Positions 1 to 8,042 of a stretch of DNA of 27,462 nt are shown piece after piece. The first letter of the stretch is position 1; every line of letters begins with the position of its first letter. The position numbers were made by a program, and so were the translations under genes. Origin of the DNA: a virus (lineage: Duplodnaviria; Caudoviricetes); the IMG/VR virus record IMGVR_UViG_3300048881_000224, positions 1 to 27,462 of that record. One strand, 5' to 3'. The notes below the pieces were generated by a model. The model saw nothing but the letters and a program-made list of their open reading frames with translations. It did no database searches and was not told the DNA's origin.

Positions 1-251
1 CTTTGACAAAGGTGAAGGACACAGAACCAGAAATGATAGTTCAGTCAACAAGCAAGGTTCGTTCTTGGGTACAGGCCTATCAAGATTTTAAGATTGGAGG
101 GATACCGGAAGCTCCCGAATTAGGTCACACCGTAGAAGAACGATTGGATTCGTCCATTAAAAATTGGCTTGGCTTGGGTAAAGATAAATTTCCCAAAACC
201 AAGAAACCGGAAAATATTTCAGGAAAAAGAGATGAGGAGCCACGAACATGA
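1..251 (+). CDS. Hypothetical phage protein, 3' part only (probably starts upstream of the window)
   Basis: Frame is open from base 3 to TGA at 249-251. The stop overlaps the next ATG (ATGA, 248-251), which suggests translational coupling. No recognisable motif. Confidence 0.6.
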   Translation, partial: LTKVKDTEPEMIVQSTSKVRSWVQAYQDFKIGGIPEAPELGHTVEERLDSSIKNWLGLGKDKFPKTKKPENISGKRDEEPRT

Positions 252-559
252 AATTAACTAAAACAAAACTAAAAGAAATTATTGCTGAAGAACTCGCTTT
301 GGAAGCTGAAGAAGAAGCGGCACCCGAAGAAGAAGCGGCACCCGAGGAAGGCGGTCCATCTGAATCGAGAGTGATCCAAATAATCAACTTGATCGAACCA
401 AAAATGAAACAAGTGAAAAAGCCGAAAGAATATGCACAACTGTTAAAGTGGATCTTGAAACATGAGCATCCGAACTTAGATAAGGCATTGGGCTTGAAAT
501 TGGCATTTGGCTCCACTATCGGTAATGCGATTATAAAGGGGCTCAAAGGAAAAAAATAG
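248..559 (+). CDS. Small hypothetical protein with N-terminal MKLTKTKLKEIIAEEL tag (putative internal head protein)
   Basis: GAGGAG SD about 8 nt upstream. The N-terminal motif is shared with both ends of ORF 8648..9655. Acidic EEEAAP repeat linker. Confidence 0.7.
   Translation: MKLTKTKLKEIIAEELALEAEEEAAPEEEAAPEEGGPSESRVIQIINLIEPKMKQVKKPKEYAQLLKWILKHEHPNLDKALGLKLAFGSTIGNAIIKGLKGKK
308..343 (+). repeat. 18-bp tandem repeat x2 (GAAGAAGAAGCGGCACCC, encoding EEEAAP)
   Basis: Perfect copies at 308-325 and 326-343, followed by a degenerate partial copy (GAGGAAG). Confidence 0.9.
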
Positions 560-562
560 TGT

Positions 563-1513
563 ATGAAAGTCTTAATGGAAAATTGGCGCTCGTATTTGAA
601 CGAGCCACAATATGATATTAGTCCGCAATTTGCTGCGGGCTCATTAGGACTAGAAGTGCCCCTTAACGAATCCTATCCTTATTCGTCTGCGACATTAAAT
701 AAAAAAGTTGTAAGTGAATATCTTGCATTTAACACTTGGTTCGACGATCTTTGGTTGTGGGAAGCCCATGAAGCAGGTTTACTTGAAGAAGGGTTGAAAG
801 ACTGGGCAGTAGAAAAATGGAACGCCGCGAAATCCTTGGCTGGCAAACCCCTTGAGATAATGAAAATGATATGGAAATTGGTTGATGATGGCAAAGCCCA
901 GTTATTTTGGAAATCTTTACAGAGAAAAGCAGTGGACCCTCTCAAGAAGAAATTATTCAAGTTTCTTGATGTCGTCACTAAATACAGAGAAAAAGTTCCG
1001 AAGCTTGCAAAGTGGGCGGAAGCTGTTAAAAGCGGCATTGAAAAGGCTTTCCAAAAATTGATGTCTGAAGAAGAAGGTGCAGATCCATTCGTGATCGAGC
1101 CAAAAGAAGTACCCACTTTTGGAAAAATCGCAGGTGTCACATTAACCATAATTGGTATGGCTTTTATTTGGAACAAAATTAAAGAAATGGCGGAAGACGT
1201 TATGGGGGCCGCGAAGGAGCAAGTGGTTTCAAAACTTGGAGAGTGGGCAGCGAAAATCGCTCTCGATAAAGCACTCAAAGTTGCCAGCGATCTTGCGACG
1301 GCAGCGGCATCCACTGTGTCCGCAGGTATTCCTCTTTTTGTAAAGAAAGTCGCAGAATGGGCATCATTTATGAAGGATGCAGTCGAAGCCGGTTTTTCAA
1401 TTTTGGAACCCGTTGCAGCCATGTTCAAATCCAGAGGCGGGTTGGACGAGGAAGACGAACTAAGAGCGATGCAAGAAGCAATAAAAAGAACTCAACTTGT
1501 GTTGACGCAATAG
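563..1513 (+). CDS. Hypothetical helical protein with one hydrophobic segment (putative internal/ejected head protein)
   Basis: 316-aa ORF packed between its neighbours. N-terminus MKVLMENWRSYLNE, Lys/Ala/Trp-rich amphipathic helices, hydrophobic stretch IAGVTLTIIGMAFIW. Function is inferred only. Confidence 0.7.
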   Translation: MKVLMENWRSYLNEPQYDISPQFAAGSLGLEVPLNESYPYSSATLNKKVVSEYLAFNTWFDDLWLWEAHEAGLLEEGLKDWAVEKWNAAKSLAGKPLEIMKMIWKLVDDGKAQLFWKSLQRKAVDPLKKKLFKFLDVVTKYREKVPKLAKWAEAVKSGIEKAFQKLMSEEEGADPFVIEPKEVPTFGKIAGVTLTIIGMAFIWNKIKEMAEDVMGAAKEQVVSKLGEWAAKIALDKALKVASDLATAAASTVSAGIPLFVKKVAEWASFMKDAVEAGFSILEPVAAMFKSRGGLDEEDELRAMQEAIKRTQLVLTQ

Positions 1514-1525
1514 ATATAAAACACA

Positions 1526-1533
1526 ACTACTTA
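1526..1533 (+). promoter_or_regulatory. Putative late promoter motif ACTACTTA directly upstream of terL
   Basis: Variant of the recurring ACTA(A/T)TTA motif, 6 nt before ATG 1540. No SD is present. Confidence 0.45.
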
Positions 1534-1539
1534 TTATGT

Positions 1540-3129
1540 ATGTCACAATACCTTTCTAAAAAAGAACTTGTTAAGGAAATTGTCAAGTGTGGCAAAGACC
1601 CTGTTTATTTTATAGATAATTACTGTAAGATTTCTCACCCAACTCGTGGACAAATTCCTTTTAAAACTTGGGACTTTCAAAAAGGGCTTCTGCAAAAATT
1701 CAACGATTATCGAAATAATGTTATTTTAAAATCTCGTCAAATGGGAATCTCTACCATCACGGCTGCATATGTTTCGTGGTTGTTATTGTTCCATCGCGAC
1801 AAAAACATTCTTGTTATTGCCACAAAGTTTAGCACCGCTTCAAACCTTGTTAAAAAAGTGAAGGCTATGATAAAGTTATTGCCACCGTGGTTTGATCAAA
1901 TAGCTACGATTGATATTGATAATAGATCTTCATTTGTATTGAGCAACGGCTCTGAAATAAAAGCGACTTCTACGTCGGCTGATGCTGGTCGTTCGGAAGC
2001 ACTATCATTATTAGTTATTGATGAAGCAGCACACATCGATGGCTTGAGCGATCTATGGGCAGCACTTCAACCCACCATGGCCGCGGGCGGTCGATGTATC
2101 GCATTGTCTTCTCCGAATGGTGTGGGTAATTGGTTTCACAAGACTTATACTGCCGCCGATGCAGGAGAAAATGATTTTCACCCCACCATACTCCATTGGA
2201 CGTTGCACCCTGAAAGAGATCAGGAATGGTTTGAAGAAACCACTAGAAACTTATCACGTCGAAAAGTTGCACAAGAATATGAATGTAATTTTAATGCCTC
2301 TGGAGAAACCGTCATACACCCTGACGATTTAAATAGAATTTTTTCTTCTTGTTGCGAACCAGAGCACGAAACTGGATTTGATAGAAATTTTTGGATATGG
2401 GAAGAATATAACCCAGAAAATAAATATTTATTAGTTGGCGATGTTTCTCGTGGAGATGGCAACGACTATTCAGTTTTTCACATTTTTAAAATAAACACAA
2501 TGGAGCAAGTAGCAGAATACCGTGGCAAACCAACAACAGATTTATTCTCAAGGATTTTATTCGACGCAGGAAAAGAATACGGAGATGCGATGGTCGTGGT
2601 CGAAAACAATAACATCGGCTTCTCAGTTTTGGAAAAACTCATTGACGCCGGTTATCCAAATTTATATTATTCTACTAAGGGAACTCACGAATACCTTGAG
2701 CAATATGAAGCAGAAAATGTTTCAAACTCTGTGCCCGGATTCACTACCTCTCAAAAGAGCCGCCCCTTGATCGTAGCAAAGCTAGAGGAGTTCGTTCGTA
2801 ATGAACTAATTACTATAAATTCGAACAGAACATATCAGGAGCTTAAAACGTTTGTGTGGAGAAATGGTAGACCCGAAGCGCAGCGTAGTTATAACGATGA
2901 TTTAGTTATGTCATTGGCTATTGCTTGTTGGGTGAGAGATACGGTACTTCAAGAAAATACTAGAGATTTACACTATAAGAGGGCTTCTCTAAACTCTATA
3001 ATTATTTCAAGCACTAAATTAAATACAACAATTCCTGGGATGCATGGCTACAAAAGTGTAGAGACTTCTGATAAAATGAACGAAGTCAAACAAATGTATA
3101 AAGATTTTGGTTGGATAATAAAAGGATAA
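1540..3129 (+). CDS. terL: Terminase large subunit (T4 gp17-like)
   Basis: KCGKDPVYFIDNY N-terminus, Walker A-like KSRQMGIST, Walker B LLVIDEAAHI, motif III ALSSPNG, RNase H-like nuclease acidic residues VGDVSRGDGNDYS and DDLVMSLAI. Start moved from 1357 to ATG 1540, after the upstream stop at 1513. Confidence 0.95.
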   Translation: MSQYLSKKELVKEIVKCGKDPVYFIDNYCKISHPTRGQIPFKTWDFQKGLLQKFNDYRNNVILKSRQMGISTITAAYVSWLLLFHRDKNILVIATKFSTASNLVKKVKAMIKLLPPWFDQIATIDIDNRSSFVLSNGSEIKATSTSADAGRSEALSLLVIDEAAHIDGLSDLWAALQPTMAAGGRCIALSSPNGVGNWFHKTYTAADAGENDFHPTILHWTLHPERDQEWFEETTRNLSRRKVAQEYECNFNASGETVIHPDDLNRIFSSCCEPEHETGFDRNFWIWEEYNPENKYLLVGDVSRGDGNDYSVFHIFKINTMEQVAEYRGKPTTDLFSRILFDAGKEYGDAMVVVENNNIGFSVLEKLIDAGYPNLYYSTKGTHEYLEQYEAENVSNSVPGFTTSQKSRPLIVAKLEEFVRNELITINSNRTYQELKTFVWRNGRPEAQRSYNDDLVMSLAIACWVRDTVLQENTRDLHYKRASLNSIIISSTKLNTTIPGMHGYKSVETSDKMNEVKQMYKDFGWIIKG

Positions 3130-3132
3130 ACA

Positions 3133-5055
3133 ATGAACAATACTAAGAACCCAAATAATGAGAACAATCCCCTGTTTCGCGCACTAACCAGATTATTGTC
3201 TGGACCGATTGTTGATCGCAGGGTTCAGTCTCCCCGTCAACTGAAGCGCCGACAATTGAATAAATATAAGTTTACTTCTCCTGGCGGCCTGAGTTTTAAA
3301 AAGGAATCATACAATCCTTTTGATAATTTTCGAACCGCAGCATACCAAAATGTTAATCGAGCCGAGAGATATATAGATTTTGATCAAATGGAGTATATGC
3401 CTGAAATCGCATCAGGTCTTGATATTTATGCAGACGAAATGACTGTCTCCTCTCCTATACAAAAATTATTAGCAATCAATTGTCCTAATGAAGAAATCAA
3501 AGAAGTCCTTACACAATTATTTTATAATATCTTGAATATTGAATTTAATATTTTCGGTTGGTGTCGCTCCATGTGTAAGTATGGAGACTTGTTTTTGTAC
3601 CTAGATATTGATGAAGTAATCGGAATCAAAAGTGTTATTGGACTGCCATCATTAGAAGTTGAAAGACTAGAGGGTGAAGACAAGACTAATCCAAACTATG
3701 TGCAGTTTCAATGGAACAGTGGAGGTCTTACTTTTGAAAATTGGCAAATTGCACATTTTCGTATTTTAGGAAACGATAAATATGTGCCGTATGGAACTTC
3801 TGTGTTGGAGCCTTGTCGGAGGATATGGAGACAACTACAATTACTTGAAGACGCTATGATGGCTTATCGTGTTGTGCGATCACCTGAACGCAGAGTGTTT
3901 TATATTGATGTTGGTGGGATTCCTGAAAAAGAAATTGAACAACATATGCAACGCATTGTCACTCAGATGAAAAGAAATCAAGTCATCGACGCCCAAACAG
4001 GCCGCGTCGATTTACGTTATAATCCAATGAGTGTTGATGAGGATTATTTTATTCCTGTGCGCGGTGGTTCATCTAATACTAGAGTTGAGAGTTTGCCGGG
4101 TGGAACTTATACAGGCGATGTGGATGATGTAAAATATTTGCGAGATAAACTATTTTCTGCTTTGAAGGTTCCCCCTTCCTACCTAACCCAAGCTGAAGAA
4201 GGTGGAGAAGAAAAAACCACACTCGCTCAAAAGGATGTACGCTTTGCCAGAACTATTCAACGACTTCAACGAAGTGTTGTGTCAGAGTTGGAAAAGCTCG
4301 CCGTCATTCATCTATATACTTTGGGATACAAGGGGAAGGATTTATTATCCTTCAAGCTTCATTTGAATAGCCCGTCGAAAATTGCCGAGCTTCAAGAGCT
4401 AGAACACTGGCGAACAAAATTTGAGATTGCCACCGCAGCATCCGAAGGATATTTCAGTAAGAGGTGGGTGGCTAAAAATCTTCTTAATCTTTCTGACGAA
4501 GAAATTGTTCGTAATCAACGTGAAATGTTTTATGATAAGAAGTTTGAAGCAGCACTTGAAGGCGCGGCTGAAGAAGACGCTGGCGGCGAAGAAGGTGGCG
4601 AAGATCTTGGCGGCGGAGATATGGATCTTGGCGGAGGCGAAGATCTCGGCGGCGACGATCTCGGTGGAGAAGAAGAAGCCGGTGGCGAAGACGAAACTCT
4701 TTTAGCGGAGCCCGGTAAACGTAATGATATGAACTGGCGTTCTCAAAAACCAAAACCTCATTTAACTCCCGGCTCCAAAGGAAAAGCTTATATTCCCGAG
4801 AAACATGATGATCGCGAAGAAGCTGGCAGACGAAAAAGTATGATGGGCAAAGTTAATATGGAGAGAGCCAGCAATACACAGCGGAATGTCTTTCCTGGGT
4901 TAGAAGGACTTAAGCAAACTTGGAAGGGTATAAACGAGGGTGTTGATACTAATTATAGTAGCGAGGAACTAGAGATTATAAAAAACAATCTGGAGATTCA
5001 ACAAATCGTTGCGAATTTAGAAAAGAGAGATGAAAGTAAAGATGGCAAAGTTTAA
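3133..5055 (+). CDS. gp20: Portal protein (T4 gp20-like) with acidic Gly-rich C-terminal extension
   Basis: gp20-type motifs LLEDAMMAYRVVRSPERRVFYIDVG, EDYFIPVRGG, VESLPGG, DVKYLRDKLFSALKVP. Follows terL. AGGA SD. Confidence 0.95.
   Translation: MNNTKNPNNENNPLFRALTRLLSGPIVDRRVQSPRQLKRRQLNKYKFTSPGGLSFKKESYNPFDNFRTAAYQNVNRAERYIDFDQMEYMPEIASGLDIYADEMTVSSPIQKLLAINCPNEEIKEVLTQLFYNILNIEFNIFGWCRSMCKYGDLFLYLDIDEVIGIKSVIGLPSLEVERLEGEDKTNPNYVQFQWNSGGLTFENWQIAHFRILGNDKYVPYGTSVLEPCRRIWRQLQLLEDAMMAYRVVRSPERRVFYIDVGGIPEKEIEQHMQRIVTQMKRNQVIDAQTGRVDLRYNPMSVDEDYFIPVRGGSSNTRVESLPGGTYTGDVDDVKYLRDKLFSALKVPPSYLTQAEEGGEEKTTLAQKDVRFARTIQRLQRSVVSELEKLAVIHLYTLGYKGKDLLSFKLHLNSPSKIAELQELEHWRTKFEIATAASEGYFSKRWVAKNLLNLSDEEIVRNQREMFYDKKFEAALEGAAEEDAGGEEGGEDLGGGDMDLGGGEDLGGDDLGGEEEAGGEDETLLAEPGKRNDMNWRSQKPKPHLTPGSKGKAYIPEKHDDREEAGRRKSMMGKVNMERASNTQRNVFPGLEGLKQTWKGINEGVDTNYSSEELEIIKNNLEIQQIVANLEKRDESKDGKV
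4561..4695 (+). repeat. Imperfect GGEDLGG low-complexity coding repeat in the portal tail
   Basis: Repeated GGCGAAGATCT/GATCTTGGCGG units encoding AGGEEGGEDLGGGDMDLGGGEDLGGDDLGGEEEAGGED. Confidence 0.8.
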
Positions 5056-5881
5056 ACATAACAAAAAGAAAAACACAGCGTTTCTATATGAAACGGTTGT
5101 TTTGGAACTTACCAAGGCAATCTTAAGAAAAGATATTGCGGCTAAGAATAAAATTTCTTCTCTCCTGAGAGAATCTTTTAAATCTAACACTGTTTTGTAT
5201 GCCGACTTGAAACTTTATCACTCTCTTACGAAAACTCAAAATACACATCCTCGGACGGCCGAACGAATATTGTCAGAAGTGAAGCGAGTAAGAAAAGACA
5301 TTGACAAAAAGAAATTATTGAACGAACAAAATAAATTAGTTCGTAGAATTAGAAAAGATATATCCGAAGAAGCTCTTACTAATTTTGTACCAAGCTATAA
5401 ATCTTTAGCCACCATATATCAAATCTTTAATCAGCGTGGCTCCATAAAAACAAAGGTATTATTAGAGAATCAAATTCTTAGTCAAATGAGTGTACTAACT
5501 GATAAATCTCGTAGCGATAAGATGGTTCCAATAGATAACCTTGTTTATAAAACGTTTACTAAAAAATTCAACAAAGAATATTCAAAGGAACTTTTGGGCG
5601 AGCAAAAGATATTGCTTTCTAAATTTATTTCTTCTTTTGTAGATAACGGACTTCAACTTAAATTATATCTCAATGAGGAAATCAAACGCCTTAAGGAATC
5701 CTTGAACAAATCATTGTTGATTGAGGAATTTATAGGAGATGAGCAAATGATGGAAAAAGCTAAGAAGGTTTTAGAAGTCTTGGAGGGATACAAGAAAGCA
5801 AAGCCCCAAAAGGAAATGGTTCAATCAGTAATCAAGATTCAGGGGTTGGTCCACGAGATTAAACAAAATGCCGTCAATTAA
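5042..5881 (+). CDS. Hypothetical basic helical protein (head-module position; possible prohead core component)
   Basis: Long Lys/Leu-rich ORF overlapping the portal stop. Start is ATG 5042 (MAKFKHNKKKNTAFLYE) or 5030. Several L-x-E sites. Confidence 0.7.
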   Translation: MAKFKHNKKKNTAFLYETVVLELTKAILRKDIAAKNKISSLLRESFKSNTVLYADLKLYHSLTKTQNTHPRTAERILSEVKRVRKDIDKKKLLNEQNKLVRRIRKDISEEALTNFVPSYKSLATIYQIFNQRGSIKTKVLLENQILSQMSVLTDKSRSDKMVPIDNLVYKTFTKKFNKEYSKELLGEQKILLSKFISSFVDNGLQLKLYLNEEIKRLKESLNKSLLIEEFIGDEQMMEKAKKVLEVLEGYKKAKPQKEMVQSVIKIQGLVHEIKQNAVN

Positions 5882-6437
5882 AATAAATGTAACACCGGAC
5901 GCTGCCGGTGCCGATGAGATTGCGGAAGAAGAAGCCCGCGAGCCCGTACATCCACAGATTTCCCTAAACGCACGAAAAACGCTGGACGGCAAGATTATGA
6001 TTATGGATCATATGGACATAGATATTGTGGTGGACCCTAAAGCTAAAAAGATCATTACCTTTCCTAAAAGCACCATGACTGACGAAGTATATCAAACACA
6101 AAATAATTATTTTGAATTCCTAGCAAAAAAAGGCGTTATTGATCGGGCCTCCGTTCATAGTGGTGATGTGTTCGCGAGTATGCAAGGAACCTATCCTGAT
6201 CCGATTGATGAAGGAATTAGCCCTACTCAAGTTGCTTTGTTGTCCACGTATCAGTTTATTGAAAAAGAAAAGCCCCGCTTTGAAACAGAGGAATGGCTTG
6301 ATAATGAATTGGATGATTATTATACTTCACCAACACCAGAAGACTCAACGCCACTAGGCGAAGTACCAGAGGAACCCGAAAAGGGCAACATTGGTCCAAA
6401 CAACCCATGGGCATACTATTCAGGCTATGGTTATTAA
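5868..6437 (+). CDS. Hypothetical acidic protein
   Basis: 189-aa ORF overlapping both neighbours (TAATG junction at 6435-6439). Pro/Glu-rich C-terminus ending WAYYSGYGY. Confidence 0.7.
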   Translation: MPSIKINVTPDAAGADEIAEEEAREPVHPQISLNARKTLDGKIMIMDHMDIDIVVDPKAKKIITFPKSTMTDEVYQTQNNYFEFLAKKGVIDRASVHSGDVFASMQGTYPDPIDEGISPTQVALLSTYQFIEKEKPRFETEEWLDNELDDYYTSPTPEDSTPLGEVPEEPEKGNIGPNNPWAYYSGYGY

Positions 6438-6730
6438 TGAGTCTGATATATTTTATGTTAGCGGCCTATGGCTTTACACAAATTTTAGTATATGGAAAAG
6501 TTTTTGAGAAAGTAAGACCTACTTACCACTTCTTTCATTGTAGCATGTGCGTTGGGTGGTGGGTTGGTATTTTTTTGTGGGCGATAAACGCTCACACAGA
6601 ACTATTTACATTTGATTATTCTATAACTACTGCGTTTCTATTAGCGTGTGTAAGTTCTGGGACTTCATATATTGGAAATATGATTTTTGGCGATCAAGGA
6701 ATAAATTTTAAAATGTGGGGTGAAAAATAA
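6437..6730 (+). CDS. Small membrane protein with CxxC (about 3 hydrophobic segments; DUF1360-like by pattern)
   Basis: ATG overlaps the upstream TAA. Hydrophobic segments LIYFMLAAYGFTQILVYG, CVGWWVGIFLWAI and ITTAFLLACVSSG. Motif HCSMCVGWW. Confidence 0.7.
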   Translation: MSLIYFMLAAYGFTQILVYGKVFEKVRPTYHFFHCSMCVGWWVGIFLWAINAHTELFTFDYSITTAFLLACVSSGTSYIGNMIFGDQGINFKMWGEK

Positions 6731-6840
6731 TGCTAGATAATATATGGATGATGAAAAAATATATGTTGCGTCCTGTACGACGATGCAAATCGGGCTGTAG
6801 TATCATGCGGGTTGTGCCCGCTTTTAAATTTGGAGAATAA
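6730..6840 (+). CDS. Unannotated 36-aa basic Cys-containing peptide MLDNIWMMKKYMLRPVRRCKSGCSIMRVVPAFKFGE
   Basis: Hand-translated. ATG overlaps the upstream TAA (TAATG) and the TAA at 6838-6840 lies 3 nt before the tubulin ATG, so it fills the gap exactly. Confidence 0.55.
   Translation: MLDNIWMMKKYMLRPVRRCKSGCSIMRVVPAFKFGE
6807..6825 (+). terminator. GC-rich hairpin plus short U tract (GCGGG-TTGTG-CCCGC-TTTT); weak terminator/attenuator candidate upstream of tubulin
   Basis: 5-bp all-GC stem (6807-6811/6817-6821) followed by T4, inside the small peptide ORF. Confidence 0.4.
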
Positions 6841-6843
6841 AAA

Positions 6844-8040
6844 ATGATTGATGAACCACTAGAGGAACTAGAAGAAAATAATTTACCCAAGGACGAGGAA
6901 GATAAGCCCAAAGAAAACGTTGTATCCGAGGATGCTTCAAGTGATTTTGATTTGCCTAATGATGAAGACGTAATGAGCACGTCTTTTGAAAGTTTCGATG
7001 CTGAAGACTTTGGTTTTATCGAACATTATGGTGACGAAATCACGGTACAACATGATGAGCAGCTTCCAGAGAATGACGCGATTTCAGCACTAAGTTGCGC
7101 CTTTATCGGCGTTGGTGGTGCGGGCGGAAAATTGGCTAAAGCATTTTTAGATCTTGGTTTCAACAAGACGCTTCTTTTAAATACTACCGAAAAAGATCAG
7201 CCCGAGGGTGTCGATTCGGATCATTTGATTTTGATTCCTGATGCCGATGGTGTAGCTAAAAATGTTGAGTATGGAAAAAAAGTATTCAACGAGAACAGTG
7301 CAGTTGTAGAAGACGCTATTCGAACAAAGCTAGGAAAAGTCGATTGGCTATTTGTTTTGGCCGGTGGCGGCGGAGGCACCGGAAGTTCGTGTGTCGAGTT
7401 ACATGAGGTTTTCGAACGATACCTCAGTTCGGTACAGGGCGAAGGAAAGGTAGTTTATATTGTGTCCTGGCCTACGGCGCAGGAATCTTTGAATCCGACT
7501 ATCTCAAGAAATGCGCTCTTGCTTGCTAATGATGTTGCTCCTTATCCACACATTCTAATTGATAACGAAAGACAGGTACAACTTCTGCGAGGAAAAGTTG
7601 GTATCTTGAATATGTATCCGGTTGCTAATTCTACTTTTGCAAAATTATTTCATCAGGTATTAAAACTAGCATCCGAAAAATCTTATGTTCAAACGTTTGA
7701 CTCTAAAGATCTTGGTCGATGTTTGGGAACCGAGGGTCGCATGTTCCTTGGCTCCACGATGATAGCCAACCCATCTGATCCAAAGTTAGGTGCGGCAATT
7801 TATCAAAATTGTATTAAGCGCTCTCCTTGTCCGATACCAAAAGGAAAGTCAATTACAGGGACAATGCTACTAATTATTACACCAGAAATGGCTACTGATC
7901 CAGAAATTAGTAAACACCTTGATGCCGCTGTATCTTATGTCGGTGGACGTTGTGAAACTTTATTTTCTGGTGTTTATATTAAGCCGAACTTACCTGGCTT
8001 GGTTGCAGTGTTATCCGTCAATGGGTTGGATGGGAGATAG
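6844..8040 (+). CDS. Tubulin/FtsZ-superfamily GTPase (PhuZ/TubZ/CetZ-like)
   Basis: T1 loop FIGVGGAGGKLA, LLLNTT, T3-like DGVAKN, signature loop LAGGGGGTGSS, ILIDNE and T7-like TFDSKDL. GGAG SD 8 nt upstream. Confidence 0.9.
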   Translation: MIDEPLEELEENNLPKDEEDKPKENVVSEDASSDFDLPNDEDVMSTSFESFDAEDFGFIEHYGDEITVQHDEQLPENDAISALSCAFIGVGGAGGKLAKAFLDLGFNKTLLLNTTEKDQPEGVDSDHLILIPDADGVAKNVEYGKKVFNENSAVVEDAIRTKLGKVDWLFVLAGGGGGTGSSCVELHEVFERYLSSVQGEGKVVYIVSWPTAQESLNPTISRNALLLANDVAPYPHILIDNERQVQLLRGKVGILNMYPVANSTFAKLFHQVLKLASEKSYVQTFDSKDLGRCLGTEGRMFLGSTMIANPSDPKLGAAIYQNCIKRSPCPIPKGKSITGTMLLIITPEMATDPEISKHLDAAVSYVGGRCETLFSGVYIKPNLPGLVAVLSVNGLDGR

Positions 8041-8042
8041 AG

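Noticed and set aside
679-1428. 249-aa minus-strand ORF
   Set aside because: Antisense shadow of the + strand gene 563..1513, with no motif or expression signals.
1357-1539. 61-aa N-terminal extension of TerL in the ORF track
   Set aside because: It overlaps the upstream gene by 157 nt and does not look protein-like. Terminase similarity begins at ATG 1540.
1729-1758. Walker A lacking the canonical GKT lysine (KSRQMGIST), suggesting an inactive terminase
   Set aside because: Deviant K-x-R-Q-x-G-x-S/T P-loops are common in large terminases. Walker B and the nuclease residues are intact.
6844-8040. Host ftsZ indicating bacterial chromosome or contamination
   Set aside because: It lacks the canonical FtsZ NxDFAD loop and C-terminal peptide, has no dcw cluster neighbours and is tightly coupled to phage head genes.
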